Assembly: GCA_020854105.1 (NCBI GenBank)
Contig: JADZGB010000022.1
Location: 7,805-71,804 of the forward strand
DNA: 64,000 nucleotides
Source of the DNA: Burkholderiales bacterium
GTDB taxonomy: Bacteria > Pseudomonadota > Gammaproteobacteria > Burkholderiales > SHXO01
Reading direction: 5' to 3'
This document shows, in pieces, positions 46,621 to 55,838 of the stretch. Made by a program: the position numbers and the translations under genes. How positions within the stretch are numbered: the first letter of the stretch is position 1; each line of letters opens with the position of its first letter. Under the pieces are notes generated by a model. It worked only from the letters and a program-made list of their open reading frames with translations. It searched no databases and had not been told where the DNA came from.

Positions 46621-47751
46621 TCACAGGAACAGCGTGAGCACGCCGGTGTAGCCGTACAGCCGGTTGTGCGAGATCTCGCCGTTGCCGAAGAAACCGACCA
46701 GCGGTACGTCGCCCAGCCCGTCGGCGATCATGCGCAGCTCCTCCGAATCGTCCCCGAACAGGCTGGCGCCGCGCCCCAGGCAGGAGAAGTAGAGCGCGCC
46801 GCGCGGGCTGCGGTACATGCCGGCGCGGATGCTGTCGAGCATGCACATCAGATCGTCGCTGGCGCTGCCGCGGTCGCGCCGGCAGAACAGGATCTCGCTG
46901 CCCGGCTGCACCGGCTGGCTCAGCGCGACCATCTTTCCGCGCGCGTCGATGCCCACGAGATTGCGCACGACGTAGTCGCCGGTGTCGCTGCCCTCGACCG
47001 GCAGGCCGGCGAACAGATATCCCCCGGCCGTGCCCTGCCCCGGCGCGTGCGCCGGACCGGCATCCTCGCGCAGCACGTCGAGTGCGGGCCGTCCGTCCAG
47101 CCGGATCAGCACGTTCTGGTGCGCATCCGTCACGCGGTGCCGGGGTCCCAGCGGAGCGCAGCCCTGCGTCAGACGGGTCGCCACGGTCACGTCCTCGGAA
47201 AACAGCACGCCGGACACGCCGCCTTCGCTCAGGCCGTCGGCATACTGCAGGGCACGGCCGCGCGAACTGGTCACGCCGCCGACGACGAAGCCGCTGGTGG
47301 TGCGGCCGGCGATCTCGCGCACCAGGCTGGTGAGCGAACGGCTGCCCGGGTCGGCGTGCAGGACCGCGAAGTTGGCGTCGTGGTTGCCCCAGCCCATGCG
47401 CGCCTGCGCCACCTCGCGCGGCGAGCGCAACGGCGGCAGCATGCGAAAGGCGCTTTCCTCGAACGGGCAGCACATGACCGCCAGTGCCGGCTCGTCCAGA
47501 TATTCGCGCGACCCCGCGCAGATGCCCAACCCCATCGTGCCGCTCCAGTGCACGATGCCGGTCTGGCTGCGCAGGTAGTCGACGATCTCGCCGAAGCGCT
47601 CGCCGTACGTGTCGGTGGCGTAGACGAACCCGAGCGATGCGTTGCGCGTACCGGTGCCGCACTGCTCGAGGCAGGCGTCGGCCGCCGCGCGCCAGTCGGC
47701 GGCGGCGGCGTGGCCGTAGGCGAATTCGTCGAGAACCACACTGGTGGACAT
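46621..47751 (-). CDS. FIST-domain (FIST_N + FIST_C) sensory protein
   Basis: 376 aa. The layout and the motif GFFGNGEI near the C-terminus are typical of stand-alone FIST proteins. Confidence 0.75.
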   Translation of the reverse strand: MSTSVVLDEFAYGHAAAADWRAAADACLEQCGTGTRNASLGFVYATDTYGERFGEIVDYLRSQTGIVHWSGTMGLGICAGSREYLDEPALAVMCCPFEESAFRMLPPLRSPREVAQARMGWGNHDANFAVLHADPGSRSLTSLVREIAGRTTSGFVVGGVTSSRGRALQYADGLSEGGVSGVLFSEDVTVATRLTQGCAPLGPRHRVTDAHQNVLIRLDGRPALDVLREDAGPAHAPGQGTAGGYLFAGLPVEGSDTGDYVVRNLVGIDARGKMVALSQPVQPGSEILFCRRDRGSASDDLMCMLDSIRAGMYRSPRGALYFSCLGRGASLFGDDSEELRMIADGLGDVPLVGFFGNGEISHNRLYGYTGVLTLFL

Positions 47752-47821
47752 GACCGTTCCGATCGCGCGTTCGAGCCATTCTAGCCAAGGGCGCGGTGGA
47801 CCGGGAAGTGGCCGGATGCGG

Positions 47822-50041
47822 TCATGGGCGCCCGAAAAACAGGTAGATCGCCTGATTGCCGTCGTCCGAAGCGCCGATGGCGAAGTAGAGCGGACCGAAG
47901 GCCGAGTCCAGCGCCAGGTAGATCGAGCCGGCGAGGATCATGTCATCGTCGCTCACCGTGTTGATGCGGCCGCCCACGTCGGCCGCCTCCAGCGATGCGC
48001 CCAGGTACAGTTGATCCCCGAAGCTGCCCGGCTTGCCGAGCCGGTACGCGTACTGCGCAACGCCGAACAGGAAGCGGTCGCTCAGGACCTGGTGCGGCTG
48101 CATTCCGGACAACGTGAGGAAGCCTCCAAGCGCGAAGGCTTCGCCCAACGGCAGGTCCGAACCGAACGCCGTGCCACCCAATACGCTCAGTGCAGCGCGA
48201 TGCCGGCCGCCAAGCGGAACCGGCACCTCCAGACGTGCCGTCACCTTGTCGAAATCTACGTTTCCGCCCAGTCCGCGGCCCGCTCGCATGACTTCCATCC
48301 GGGCGAACACGCCCGACGTCGGGAACACCCAGTCGTCGAGCGTGTCCACCACCAGCCGCGCGCGCAGCGCGCCATAGTCCTGCCTGGCATCGGGGAAGAA
48401 CGGCAGACCGATCTCGCGCAGGCCCCAACCCTCGTTCCACTGGTAACCCAGCCGCAGCTCGGCCGAACGGCCGATATTGGCGCCCAGATCCAGCCCCACG
48501 GTGAATTGCCGTGTGCGGTAGCCGGCAACGGCGTCGTTGTCGACGAAGACGTTGTGCTTCTCCTGGCGCCACAACGCGAAGGGAGCAAGGAACAGCCGAC
48601 GCCGCAGGTCAAGGGGCTGATACAGTTCCGTGGCAAGCACGATCGACTCCCCCAGGGACAGACTGTTGCGCCACTCGAGCCCTCCGCGGTCGAGCCAGGT
48701 GGCACGATGGTCGGCCAGGATGTTGAAGGCGCTCTCGCCCTCCAGGTCGCTGGACATGGTCAGGCCGAAGCGTAGGTAGTTGGGGCCGAAGGATTTCGCG
48801 ACCGGCTCGATCACCAGCTCGCGTGTCCCGTCGCGGTCGGCGAACCGGTAGCGTACCTGCTCGAAGTCGTCGCTCGCCATCAGCGCATCGAACTGCTCGA
48901 CCAGATGCTCCCGCTCCGAGGAGCCCGGCTGGACGTCGAATCCAGCCCGTACCGACGCCGGATTCACCGCGCCGAGAGAGGACTCGTCCAGGCGCACGCG
49001 CTGCACCGGGAACTGCCGGCGCTCGTGCGCGAGCTGCGCGGCGCGATGCGCGGCGTAGGCCTGCGGGCCGAGCGACAGGGCCTGCAGTCTCCCGGCCATC
49101 CTGCGCGCGGCCTGCTCGCCCATGGGGATCAGCGAGGCGGCATCGCGGAAGTTCGCCGAGCTGTAATCGCCCACCTGCGTATCGATCAGCACGTCGCGCG
49201 CAGTCAGCTCTGCCAGCGAGCGCCGCACGTTGGCGTCGATCAGCAGATGGGCCATCTGTTGCGTGATGCCCAGGGCCGAGTCGAGCGCTTCGCGCGTGCG
49301 CGGGGTGGCGGACAGGTTCACCGCGATCACGATGTCGGCGCACATCGCGCGTGCCACGTCGACCGGGAGGTTGCGCACCAGCCCGCCATCGACGAGCAGG
49401 CGTTCGTCCAGTTCGACCGGCGAAAACACCCCCGGGACGGCCATGCTCGCGCGCATCGCGCTGATCAGGTCGCCCCGGTCCAGCAGCACCATCTCGCCGG
49501 TGAGGATGTCGGTGGCAACCGCCCGATACGGGATCGGCAGGTCGTCGAAGCTGCCGATGTCGGACACCGCACCCGCGAGATCCCCGAGGAAGAGCTCGAT
49601 GTTCTGCCCGACGATGGCACCGGGGGGCAGCTTGAAGCCGTCCTTGCCCAGGCCGAACTCCGCGCCGAGGACGTTGCGGCGCTCCAGTTCCTTGCTGCGC
49701 TGGGATCGCGCGCTGCGCGGCCGGTCCACCAGGATGGACGGCAGGTCCGCCGCCAGCACGCGCCGCTCCAGCTCCGCACCGGTCAGTCCAGTGGCATACG
49801 CGCCGGCCACGATCGACCCCATGCTGGTGCCCACGATACAGTCGACGGGCACCCGCATCTCCTCGAGAACCTTGAGCACACCCAGGTGCGCAACGCCCTT
49901 GGCACCCCCGCCGGCCAGCACGAGGCCGATGCGGGGACGCCCGGCGGGCTGCACCGCCTCTGCCCCGCGCGCGGGACCGGCGCAGGCAATGCACAGAGCC
50001 CACAGCGCGCACAGCAGTGCGGGCGCGCGTTCACCCCTCAT
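47822..50041 (-). CDS. Patatin-like phospholipase fused to an Omp85-type beta-barrel (PlpD-like, type Vd secretion)
   Basis: 739 aa with a signal peptide. Contains the patatin motifs GGGAKG, GTSMG and DGG. The C-terminal roughly 330 aa is rich in alternating beta-strand pattern and ends in aromatic residues (YLFFGRP). Confidence 0.85.
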   Translation of the reverse strand: MRGERAPALLCALWALCIACAGPARGAEAVQPAGRPRIGLVLAGGGAKGVAHLGVLKVLEEMRVPVDCIVGTSMGSIVAGAYATGLTGAELERRVLAADLPSILVDRPRSARSQRSKELERRNVLGAEFGLGKDGFKLPPGAIVGQNIELFLGDLAGAVSDIGSFDDLPIPYRAVATDILTGEMVLLDRGDLISAMRASMAVPGVFSPVELDERLLVDGGLVRNLPVDVARAMCADIVIAVNLSATPRTREALDSALGITQQMAHLLIDANVRRSLAELTARDVLIDTQVGDYSSANFRDAASLIPMGEQAARRMAGRLQALSLGPQAYAAHRAAQLAHERRQFPVQRVRLDESSLGAVNPASVRAGFDVQPGSSEREHLVEQFDALMASDDFEQVRYRFADRDGTRELVIEPVAKSFGPNYLRFGLTMSSDLEGESAFNILADHRATWLDRGGLEWRNSLSLGESIVLATELYQPLDLRRRLFLAPFALWRQEKHNVFVDNDAVAGYRTRQFTVGLDLGANIGRSAELRLGYQWNEGWGLREIGLPFFPDARQDYGALRARLVVDTLDDWVFPTSGVFARMEVMRAGRGLGGNVDFDKVTARLEVPVPLGGRHRAALSVLGGTAFGSDLPLGEAFALGGFLTLSGMQPHQVLSDRFLFGVAQYAYRLGKPGSFGDQLYLGASLEAADVGGRINTVSDDDMILAGSIYLALDSAFGPLYFAIGASDDGNQAIYLFFGRP

Positions 50042-50127
50042 CCGTTGTCCTTGTCGTTCTTCGCGGCCGGCGCCGCGTCCCGCCCCCCACTATAATGGCC
50101 CGGTCCAACCAAGGAAATGGAGGGGGC

Positions 50128-50946
50128 ATGAACGCAGCCGACGCGGTCACGGGAGGCACGGTCGCCGCAGAAGAGAGCATCCTGCTGCGCTCGGATGCCC
50201 ACGGCGTGACCACGCTCACGCTCAACCGGCCCGGCCAGTACAACGCATTGTCCGAGGAACTGCTGGAGGCGGCCATCGCCGCCCTGGAAGCGGTGGAGCA
50301 GGATCGCAGCGTGCGTGTGGTGGTGATCGCCGGCAGCGGGCCCGCCTTCTGCGCCGGCCATGACCTCAAGCAGATGCGCGCCAGTCCCGAGCAGGACTAC
50401 TACCGCGGGCTGTTCGCCCTGTGCAGCAGAATGATGATGACCGTGACGCGCATTCCGCAGCCTGTCATCGCGCGCGTGCACGGCATCGCCGCCGCCGCAG
50501 GCTGCCAGCTGGTGAGCCAGTGCGACCTGGCGGTTGCCGCGTCCAGCGCCCGCTTCGGGGTGTCCGGCATCAACGTCGGCCTGTTCTGTTCCACGCCCAG
50601 CGTGGCCCTGGGCCGCAATGTCCTGCGCAAGCAGGCGATGGAGATGCTGCTCACCGGCGATTTCATCGAAGCCGAAACGGCAAGGCAGTACGGACTGGTG
50701 AACCGCGTCGTTGCGGCCGAGCAGCTCGACGCGGAGATCGCGCGGCTGGCGCGTCGCATCGTGGACAAGTCCGCCGTAGCGGTCGCGACCGGCAAGCGCA
50801 TGTTCTACAAGCAGATGGAAATGGGCATGGAGGCCGCCTACCAGTACGCGGCCGAGACCATGGCCTGCAACATGATGGCGGCCGATGTCGGCGAGGGCAT
50901 CGACGCGTTCATGCAGAAACGCCAGCCGGACTGGAAGCACCGCTGA
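50128..50946 (+). CDS. Enoyl-CoA hydratase/isomerase family protein
   Basis: ORF 50017..50946 trimmed to ATG 50128. Contains VVVIAGSGPAFCAGHDL and VHGIAAAAGCQLVSQCDL. Confidence 0.85.
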   Translation: MNAADAVTGGTVAAEESILLRSDAHGVTTLTLNRPGQYNALSEELLEAAIAALEAVEQDRSVRVVVIAGSGPAFCAGHDLKQMRASPEQDYYRGLFALCSRMMMTVTRIPQPVIARVHGIAAAAGCQLVSQCDLAVAASSARFGVSGINVGLFCSTPSVALGRNVLRKQAMEMLLTGDFIEAETARQYGLVNRVVAAEQLDAEIARLARRIVDKSAVAVATGKRMFYKQMEMGMEAAYQYAAETMACNMMAADVGEGIDAFMQKRQPDWKHR

Positions 50947-51084
50947 GCGCGGAGGCGGCCGAAGGTCTGCGCGCCGCCTTGTCTCCGGTTGTCGCCGGAT
51001 TGCACGCAGATGCCGCGGCCTGTCCACCGGGAGGCCGCGCGCGGCGTTGATCCGATCATCCCGTCGATCCCGATTGCCATTGCC

Positions 51085-52521
51085 ATGCCGGTGCGCGCCT
51101 CGCCGCGAGCGGTGAGCAGGCGCGTGGCCCGCGCATCCGTGCTCATGCTCGTCCTCAATGCCGCCTGTTCCCTCGCGCAGGAGCGCAGCGACCCGGCTGC
51201 GACCACTGCTCTGCGGCCGCCGAGCGCCAGCGCGTTCTGGCAGGGCGAGGCCGTGCCATGCCCCGAGGCGGCGCAGGTGCCCGACCCGCTGCACCTGGCC
51301 GATGCCGTGGACATCGCACTGTGCCGCAACCCGCTGACACGGCAGTCGTGGGCGCGTGCGAAGGTGCAGGCGGCGGAAGTGGGCATCGCAGGCTCGGACT
51401 TCTACCCGCAGGTCGATGCCGCGGTGAGCCTGCAACGGTCCGAAGTCCGCAACGTGCCCGGCAGCGGCGGGCGCACCGATCTGGACGCGAGCATCGGCGT
51501 GGACTACCTGCTGTTCGACTTCGGCGGGCGCGAGGCCAACATCGAGCGGGCACGCCAGGCGTTGCTGGCAGCCAACTGGACCCACGACAGCAACCTGCAG
51601 GCGGTGCTGTTCGGCGCCGTCGGATCCTATTTCCAGCTGTACGCGGCGCAGGAGGCGGTGCTGTCCACCCGCGCCGCAGAGCAGGCGAGCCTGACCAGCC
51701 TGGAGGCCGCGCGCGCCAGGCTGAAGGCAGGCAACGCCACGCGCGCGGACGTGCTGCAGGCACAGACCGCGCATTCGCAGAACCAGCTCACGCGCACGCG
51801 CGCCGAAGGCGAGGCCGGCGTCGCCCTGGGAGTGCTCGCCAATTCGCTGGGATTGCCGGCGCAGCAGCCGCTGCGCATTGCACCGCCGCCGGACCTGGCG
51901 CTGCAGCGCGCGGGCGACCAAGCAGTCGAGGAGCTGATCGCCGCAGCGCGTGAGCAGCGGCCCGACCTGGCTGCAGCGCAGGCGCAGGTGCGCGCCGCCC
52001 GCTCGGCGATCGACGTCGCCCGCGCGGCCACGCGCCCCAGCCTCTCTGCCTTCGGCAGCGTCGGTGCGACGCAGTCGACACCGGGCAGCGATCCGCGCTC
52101 CGGGGCGATCGGGCTGCAGCTGCGCATTCCCATCTTCACCGGCTACCGCGACAGCTACCGCGTGCAGCAGGCCCGCGATCAGCTCGATCTGGAGCTCGCC
52201 AACCGCGACCGGCTCGGCAACGACGTCGCGCTCGACGTGTGGACCGCCTACCAGGACCTGCGCACCGAGCGTACGGCGCTGGACACCTCCGCCGATCTGG
52301 TGGCGAGCGCGCAGGAGAATTACAGCGTTGCGCTCGGACGCTACCGCGCTGGCGTGGGCACCGTCACCGATCTGCTCAATGCGCAGAGCGCGCTAGCCGA
52401 CGCGGAGCTGCGGCGCATCCAGGCGCGCTATCGCTGGAATGTCTCCAAGGCCGCGCTCGCGCGCGCCATCGGCGTGCTGCAGCCGGCGCTGGCGCGCAGC
52501 GCCGCGGGAGCGGCACGATGA
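51085..52521 (+). CDS. TolC-family outer-membrane efflux protein
   Basis: ORF 50989..52521. I chose ATG 51085 ahead of the signal-like RRVARASVLMLVLNAACSLA, but the start is uncertain. It shows two OEP repeats and the typical RYRAGVGTVTDLLNAQ. Confidence 0.8.
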   Translation: MPVRASPRAVSRRVARASVLMLVLNAACSLAQERSDPAATTALRPPSASAFWQGEAVPCPEAAQVPDPLHLADAVDIALCRNPLTRQSWARAKVQAAEVGIAGSDFYPQVDAAVSLQRSEVRNVPGSGGRTDLDASIGVDYLLFDFGGREANIERARQALLAANWTHDSNLQAVLFGAVGSYFQLYAAQEAVLSTRAAEQASLTSLEAARARLKAGNATRADVLQAQTAHSQNQLTRTRAEGEAGVALGVLANSLGLPAQQPLRIAPPPDLALQRAGDQAVEELIAAAREQRPDLAAAQAQVRAARSAIDVARAATRPSLSAFGSVGATQSTPGSDPRSGAIGLQLRIPIFTGYRDSYRVQQARDQLDLELANRDRLGNDVALDVWTAYQDLRTERTALDTSADLVASAQENYSVALGRYRAGVGTVTDLLNAQSALADAELRRIQARYRWNVSKAALARAIGVLQPALARSAAGAAR

Positions 52522-53714
52522 AGCTCGGAAAGCGCACCACGCGGCTGCTGCTGCGTATCGGCATCGTGCTGGTGCTGGCCGGCGCAGCGTGGGCGGGATG
52601 GAGCACCTGGAGCGCGCGCACCGACAAGCCCCTGGAAGCCCGCTATCAGTTCGAGGAGGTGGGCGTTGGCGACATCACGCAGACGGTCACCGCCAACGGT
52701 ACCGTCAACCCGGTGGGGCTGGTCAACGTCGGCACGCAGGTTTCGGGCACGGTGCGCCGGCTGTACGCCGATTTCAACGACGAGGTGAAGGCCGGGCAGA
52801 TCCTGCTCGAGCTCGATCCGACCACGACACAGGCGGCCGTGGAGCAGAGTTCGGGCGAGGTGGCCAGCGCCGAGGCATCGCTGCGCCTGGCGCGCGCCGA
52901 GGAGGCTCGCATGCGCGAGCTGTTCGGGCAGGAGTACGTGTCGCGCCAGGACCTCGAACGCGCGATCCAGGCCCGCGAGGCCGCACAGGCGCAACTGCGC
53001 GTCGCGCGCGGCAAGCTGCAGCGCGACCGCGCCAATCTCGGCTATACCGTCATCCGCTCGCCCGTGTCCGGGGTGGTGGTATCGCGCGAGGTGGACCTCG
53101 GACAGACGGTCGCGGCGAGCTTCCAGACCCCGACCCTGTTCAAGATCGCGCGCGACCTGTCGCGCATGCAGATCGACTCGAACGTCGCGGAGGCCGACAT
53201 CGGCAAGGTCCGGGTCGGTCAGAACACGCGCTTCACGGTGGACGCGTATCCGGAACGGCGCTTCGAGGGCAAGGTGCAGCAGATCCGCCTGGCACCCATC
53301 ACCGAGCAGAACGTGGTCACCTACAACGTGGTGGTCGAGGTCGCCAATCCGGATCAGGCTCTCCTGCCCGGCATGACCGCCTACCTGAGCATCGTCACCG
53401 ACCGGCGCGAGAACGTGCTGCTGGTGCCCAACGCTGCGCTGCGCTTCCGGCCAAGCGATGCGCACGACATCGTGCAGGCGCAGCGCAATGCGGACGCGCA
53501 CGGCGGCACGCCGGGCAGACCCGAGGTCTACGTCGCGCGCGGCCAGCTGCTGCAGCCGGTGGAGGTCGCCGTGGGCATCTCGGACGGACGCTTCAGCGCC
53601 GTCACGGGCGGCGAGCTCAGCCGCGGCGACCGCGTCGCGGTCGAGCAACTGCAGGGCGAGGGCAAGCCGGCCGGCGGTGCGACACCGCAACCATTCCGTT
53701 TCCGCACCTTCTGA
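52518..53714 (+). CDS. HlyD/MacA-type periplasmic adaptor (membrane fusion protein)
   Basis: Frame of ORF 52239..53714. ATG 52518 forms an ATGA overlap with the OMF gene. It has an N-terminal TM segment, then VNVGTQVSGTV, a coiled-coil region and IRSPVSGVV. Confidence 0.85.
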   Translation: MKLGKRTTRLLLRIGIVLVLAGAAWAGWSTWSARTDKPLEARYQFEEVGVGDITQTVTANGTVNPVGLVNVGTQVSGTVRRLYADFNDEVKAGQILLELDPTTTQAAVEQSSGEVASAEASLRLARAEEARMRELFGQEYVSRQDLERAIQAREAAQAQLRVARGKLQRDRANLGYTVIRSPVSGVVVSREVDLGQTVAASFQTPTLFKIARDLSRMQIDSNVAEADIGKVRVGQNTRFTVDAYPERRFEGKVQQIRLAPITEQNVVTYNVVVEVANPDQALLPGMTAYLSIVTDRRENVLLVPNAALRFRPSDAHDIVQAQRNADAHGGTPGRPEVYVARGQLLQPVEVAVGISDGRFSAVTGGELSRGDRVAVEQLQGEGKPAGGATPQPFRFRTF

Positions 53715-54430
53715 TGAGCACCGGCGCGCACCCGCTGATCCGCGTCGAAGCCCTGCACAAGCAGTACGAGACCGACGCAGGGCCGCAGCCGGTGCTGCGC
53801 GGGGTGGACCTGGACATCTACCCGGGCGAGTTCATCGCGGTGATGGGCGCATCGGGCTCGGGCAAGTCGACCTTCATGAACATCCTCGGCTGCCTGGATA
53901 TGCCCACCTCCGGCCGCTATACGCTGGACGGCAACGACATCTCGCGCCTGTCGCGCGACGAACTGGCGCGGCTGCGCAACCGTTTCATCGGCTTCGTGTT
54001 CCAGGGCTTCAACCTGCTGCCCCGCGCCACGCTGCTCGACAACGTGGCACTGCCGATGCTGTACGCGGCGCGTCCGGCGCACGAGCGCAACGCCCGCGCA
54101 CAGGAACTGCTGAAACGGGTCGGGCTGGAGCGCTACGGCAACTACCTGCCCAGCCGGATCTCCGGCGGCCAGCAACAGCGCGTGGCCATCGCCCGCGCGC
54201 TCGCCAACCGCCCCGAGCTGCTGCTGGCGGACGAACCGACCGGCAATCTCGACACCATCACCAGTCACGGAATCATGGAGCTCATCAGCACGCTCAATCG
54301 CGAGGAGGGCACCACCGTCGTGCTGGTCACGCACGAGAACGACATCGCCCACTTCGCCAGGCGCATGATCCGCTTCGTGGATGGACGCGTGGAGGAGGAT
54401 CGGGTCATGGAAGTGATTGGTGATGCGTGA
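53714..54430 (+). CDS. MacB/LolD-type ABC transporter ATP-binding protein (separate polypeptide)
   Basis: Frame of ORF 52439..54430. ATG 53714 overlaps the adaptor stop. Contains [24 protein letters not shown] and [12 protein letters not shown]. Confidence 0.9.
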   Translation: MSTGAHPLIRVEALHKQYETDAGPQPVLRGVDLDIYPGEFIAVMGASGSGKSTFMNILGCLDMPTSGRYTLDGNDISRLSRDELARLRNRFIGFVFQGFNLLPRATLLDNVALPMLYAARPAHERNARAQELLKRVGLERYGNYLPSRISGGQQQRVAIARALANRPELLLADEPTGNLDTITSHGIMELISTLNREEGTTVVLVTHENDIAHFARRMIRFVDGRVEEDRVMEVIGDA

Positions 54431-54461
54431 TTGGTTGGTGATCGGTGATTGGTTGTGACAC

Positions 54462-54592
54462 TCGTCGCCCCGGCGAAAGCCGAGGCCCAGTCAGAATGTC
54501 GGGACCTTTCGCTCCACTGAGCTGGATCCCGGCTTTCGCCGGCATGATGGCACCGAACGGCTTTTGCCGGAATGACGGCACCATACGCGCAA
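54462..54592. repeat. Composite REP-like element (inverted plus direct copies)
   Basis: CGTCGCCCCGGCGAAAGCCGAGGCCCAG is an inverted copy. It faces CTGGATCCCGGCTTTCGCCGGCATGATGG and GGCTTTTGCCGGAATGACGG. The element lies between the ATPase and permease genes. Confidence 0.65.
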
Positions 54593-54611
54593 CGGGAGCG
54601 AGTAACGAATC

Positions 54612-55832
54612 ATGTTCCTGAACATGCTGCGCGAAGCCTGGCGCGCCATGGCGGCCAACAAGTTGCGCACTTTCCTCACCATGCTCGGCCTGGTCATCGG
54701 CGTGGGCGCGGTGGTGCTGATGCTCGCCATCGGCCAGGGTGCGCAGACGCTGGTCAAGGAGGCCGTGGCCACGATGGGCAGCAACCTGTTCATCGTGCTC
54801 TCCGGCGGCACCACCACCGGCGGCGCGCGCTCCGGCAGCGGCACGGCGCCGACCCTGACGCTGCAGGACGCGCGCGCCATCGCGGAGCTGTCCCCGGTCG
54901 CCGCGGTAGCACCCACGCACAGCGGCAATGCGCAGGTGGTGTACGGCGGGGTCAACTGGCGCAGCCAGGTCATCGGCGTCACGCCCAGCTACCTGGAGGT
55001 GCGCGAGTGGCGGCTGGTGCGCGGACAACCGTTCACCGACACCGACATGCGTGCCGCCACGCGCGTGGCGCTGATCGGCCAGACCGTGGCGCGCGAACTG
55101 TTCGGCGACGAGGATCCGGTGGACAAGACCGTGCGCATCGCCAACAGCCCCTATCTGGTGATGGGCGTGCTCTCGCCCAAGGGGCAGAGCTTCGACGGAC
55201 GCGATCAGGACGACACGGTGCTGGTGCCGCTCAGTACGGCACAGCGCAAGCTGTACGGCTCTCCCTTTCCCGACACGGTGCGCTTCATGATGGTGAAGGC
55301 GGTATCGGAGTCGGCCATGGACCGCGCCGAGCAGGCGATCACGCAACTGCTGCGCGAGCGCCATCGCATCCAGGCGGACGCGCCCAACGATTTCACGGTG
55401 CGCAACCTGAGCGCGGTGGCGGACGTCCAGGCCGAGACCACGCGCGTGATGTCCATCATGCTCGGCGCGGTCGCGTCCATCTCCCTGGTGGTGGGCGGAA
55501 TCGGCATCATGAACATCATGCTGGTGTCGGTGACGGAGCGCACGCGCGAGATCGGCATCCGCATGGCCATCGGCGCGCGCCAGCGCGACATCCTCTGGCA
55601 GTTCCTGCTCGAATCGGTGATCGTCTCGGTGGTCGGCTGTCTGATCGGCATCGCGCTCGGCGTCGCCAGCGCCTACCTGGTGAGCCAGACGACCGGCATG
55701 ATGGTGGTGGTCACCGGCACCGCGATCCTCCTGGCCTTCGCCGTGGCCTCGACTGTGGGCGTGTTCTTCGGCTTCTATCCGGCGCGCAAGGCTGCCGCGC
55801 TCAAGCCGATCGAGGCGCTGCGCTACCAGTGA
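54612..55832 (+). CDS. MacB-type ABC transporter permease (FtsX/MacB_PCD)
   Basis: 406 aa. The layout is typical of the MacB permease half. It runs from MFLNMLREAWRAMAANKLRTFLTMLGLVIGVGAVV through a large periplasmic domain to three C-terminal TM segments with ERTREIG. Confidence 0.9.
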   Translation: MFLNMLREAWRAMAANKLRTFLTMLGLVIGVGAVVLMLAIGQGAQTLVKEAVATMGSNLFIVLSGGTTTGGARSGSGTAPTLTLQDARAIAELSPVAAVAPTHSGNAQVVYGGVNWRSQVIGVTPSYLEVREWRLVRGQPFTDTDMRAATRVALIGQTVARELFGDEDPVDKTVRIANSPYLVMGVLSPKGQSFDGRDQDDTVLVPLSTAQRKLYGSPFPDTVRFMMVKAVSESAMDRAEQAITQLLRERHRIQADAPNDFTVRNLSAVADVQAETTRVMSIMLGAVASISLVVGGIGIMNIMLVSVTERTREIGIRMAIGARQRDILWQFLLESVIVSVVGCLIGIALGVASAYLVSQTTGMMVVVTGTAILLAFAVASTVGVFFGFYPARKAAALKPIEALRYQ

Positions 55833-55838
55833 CGGGCG

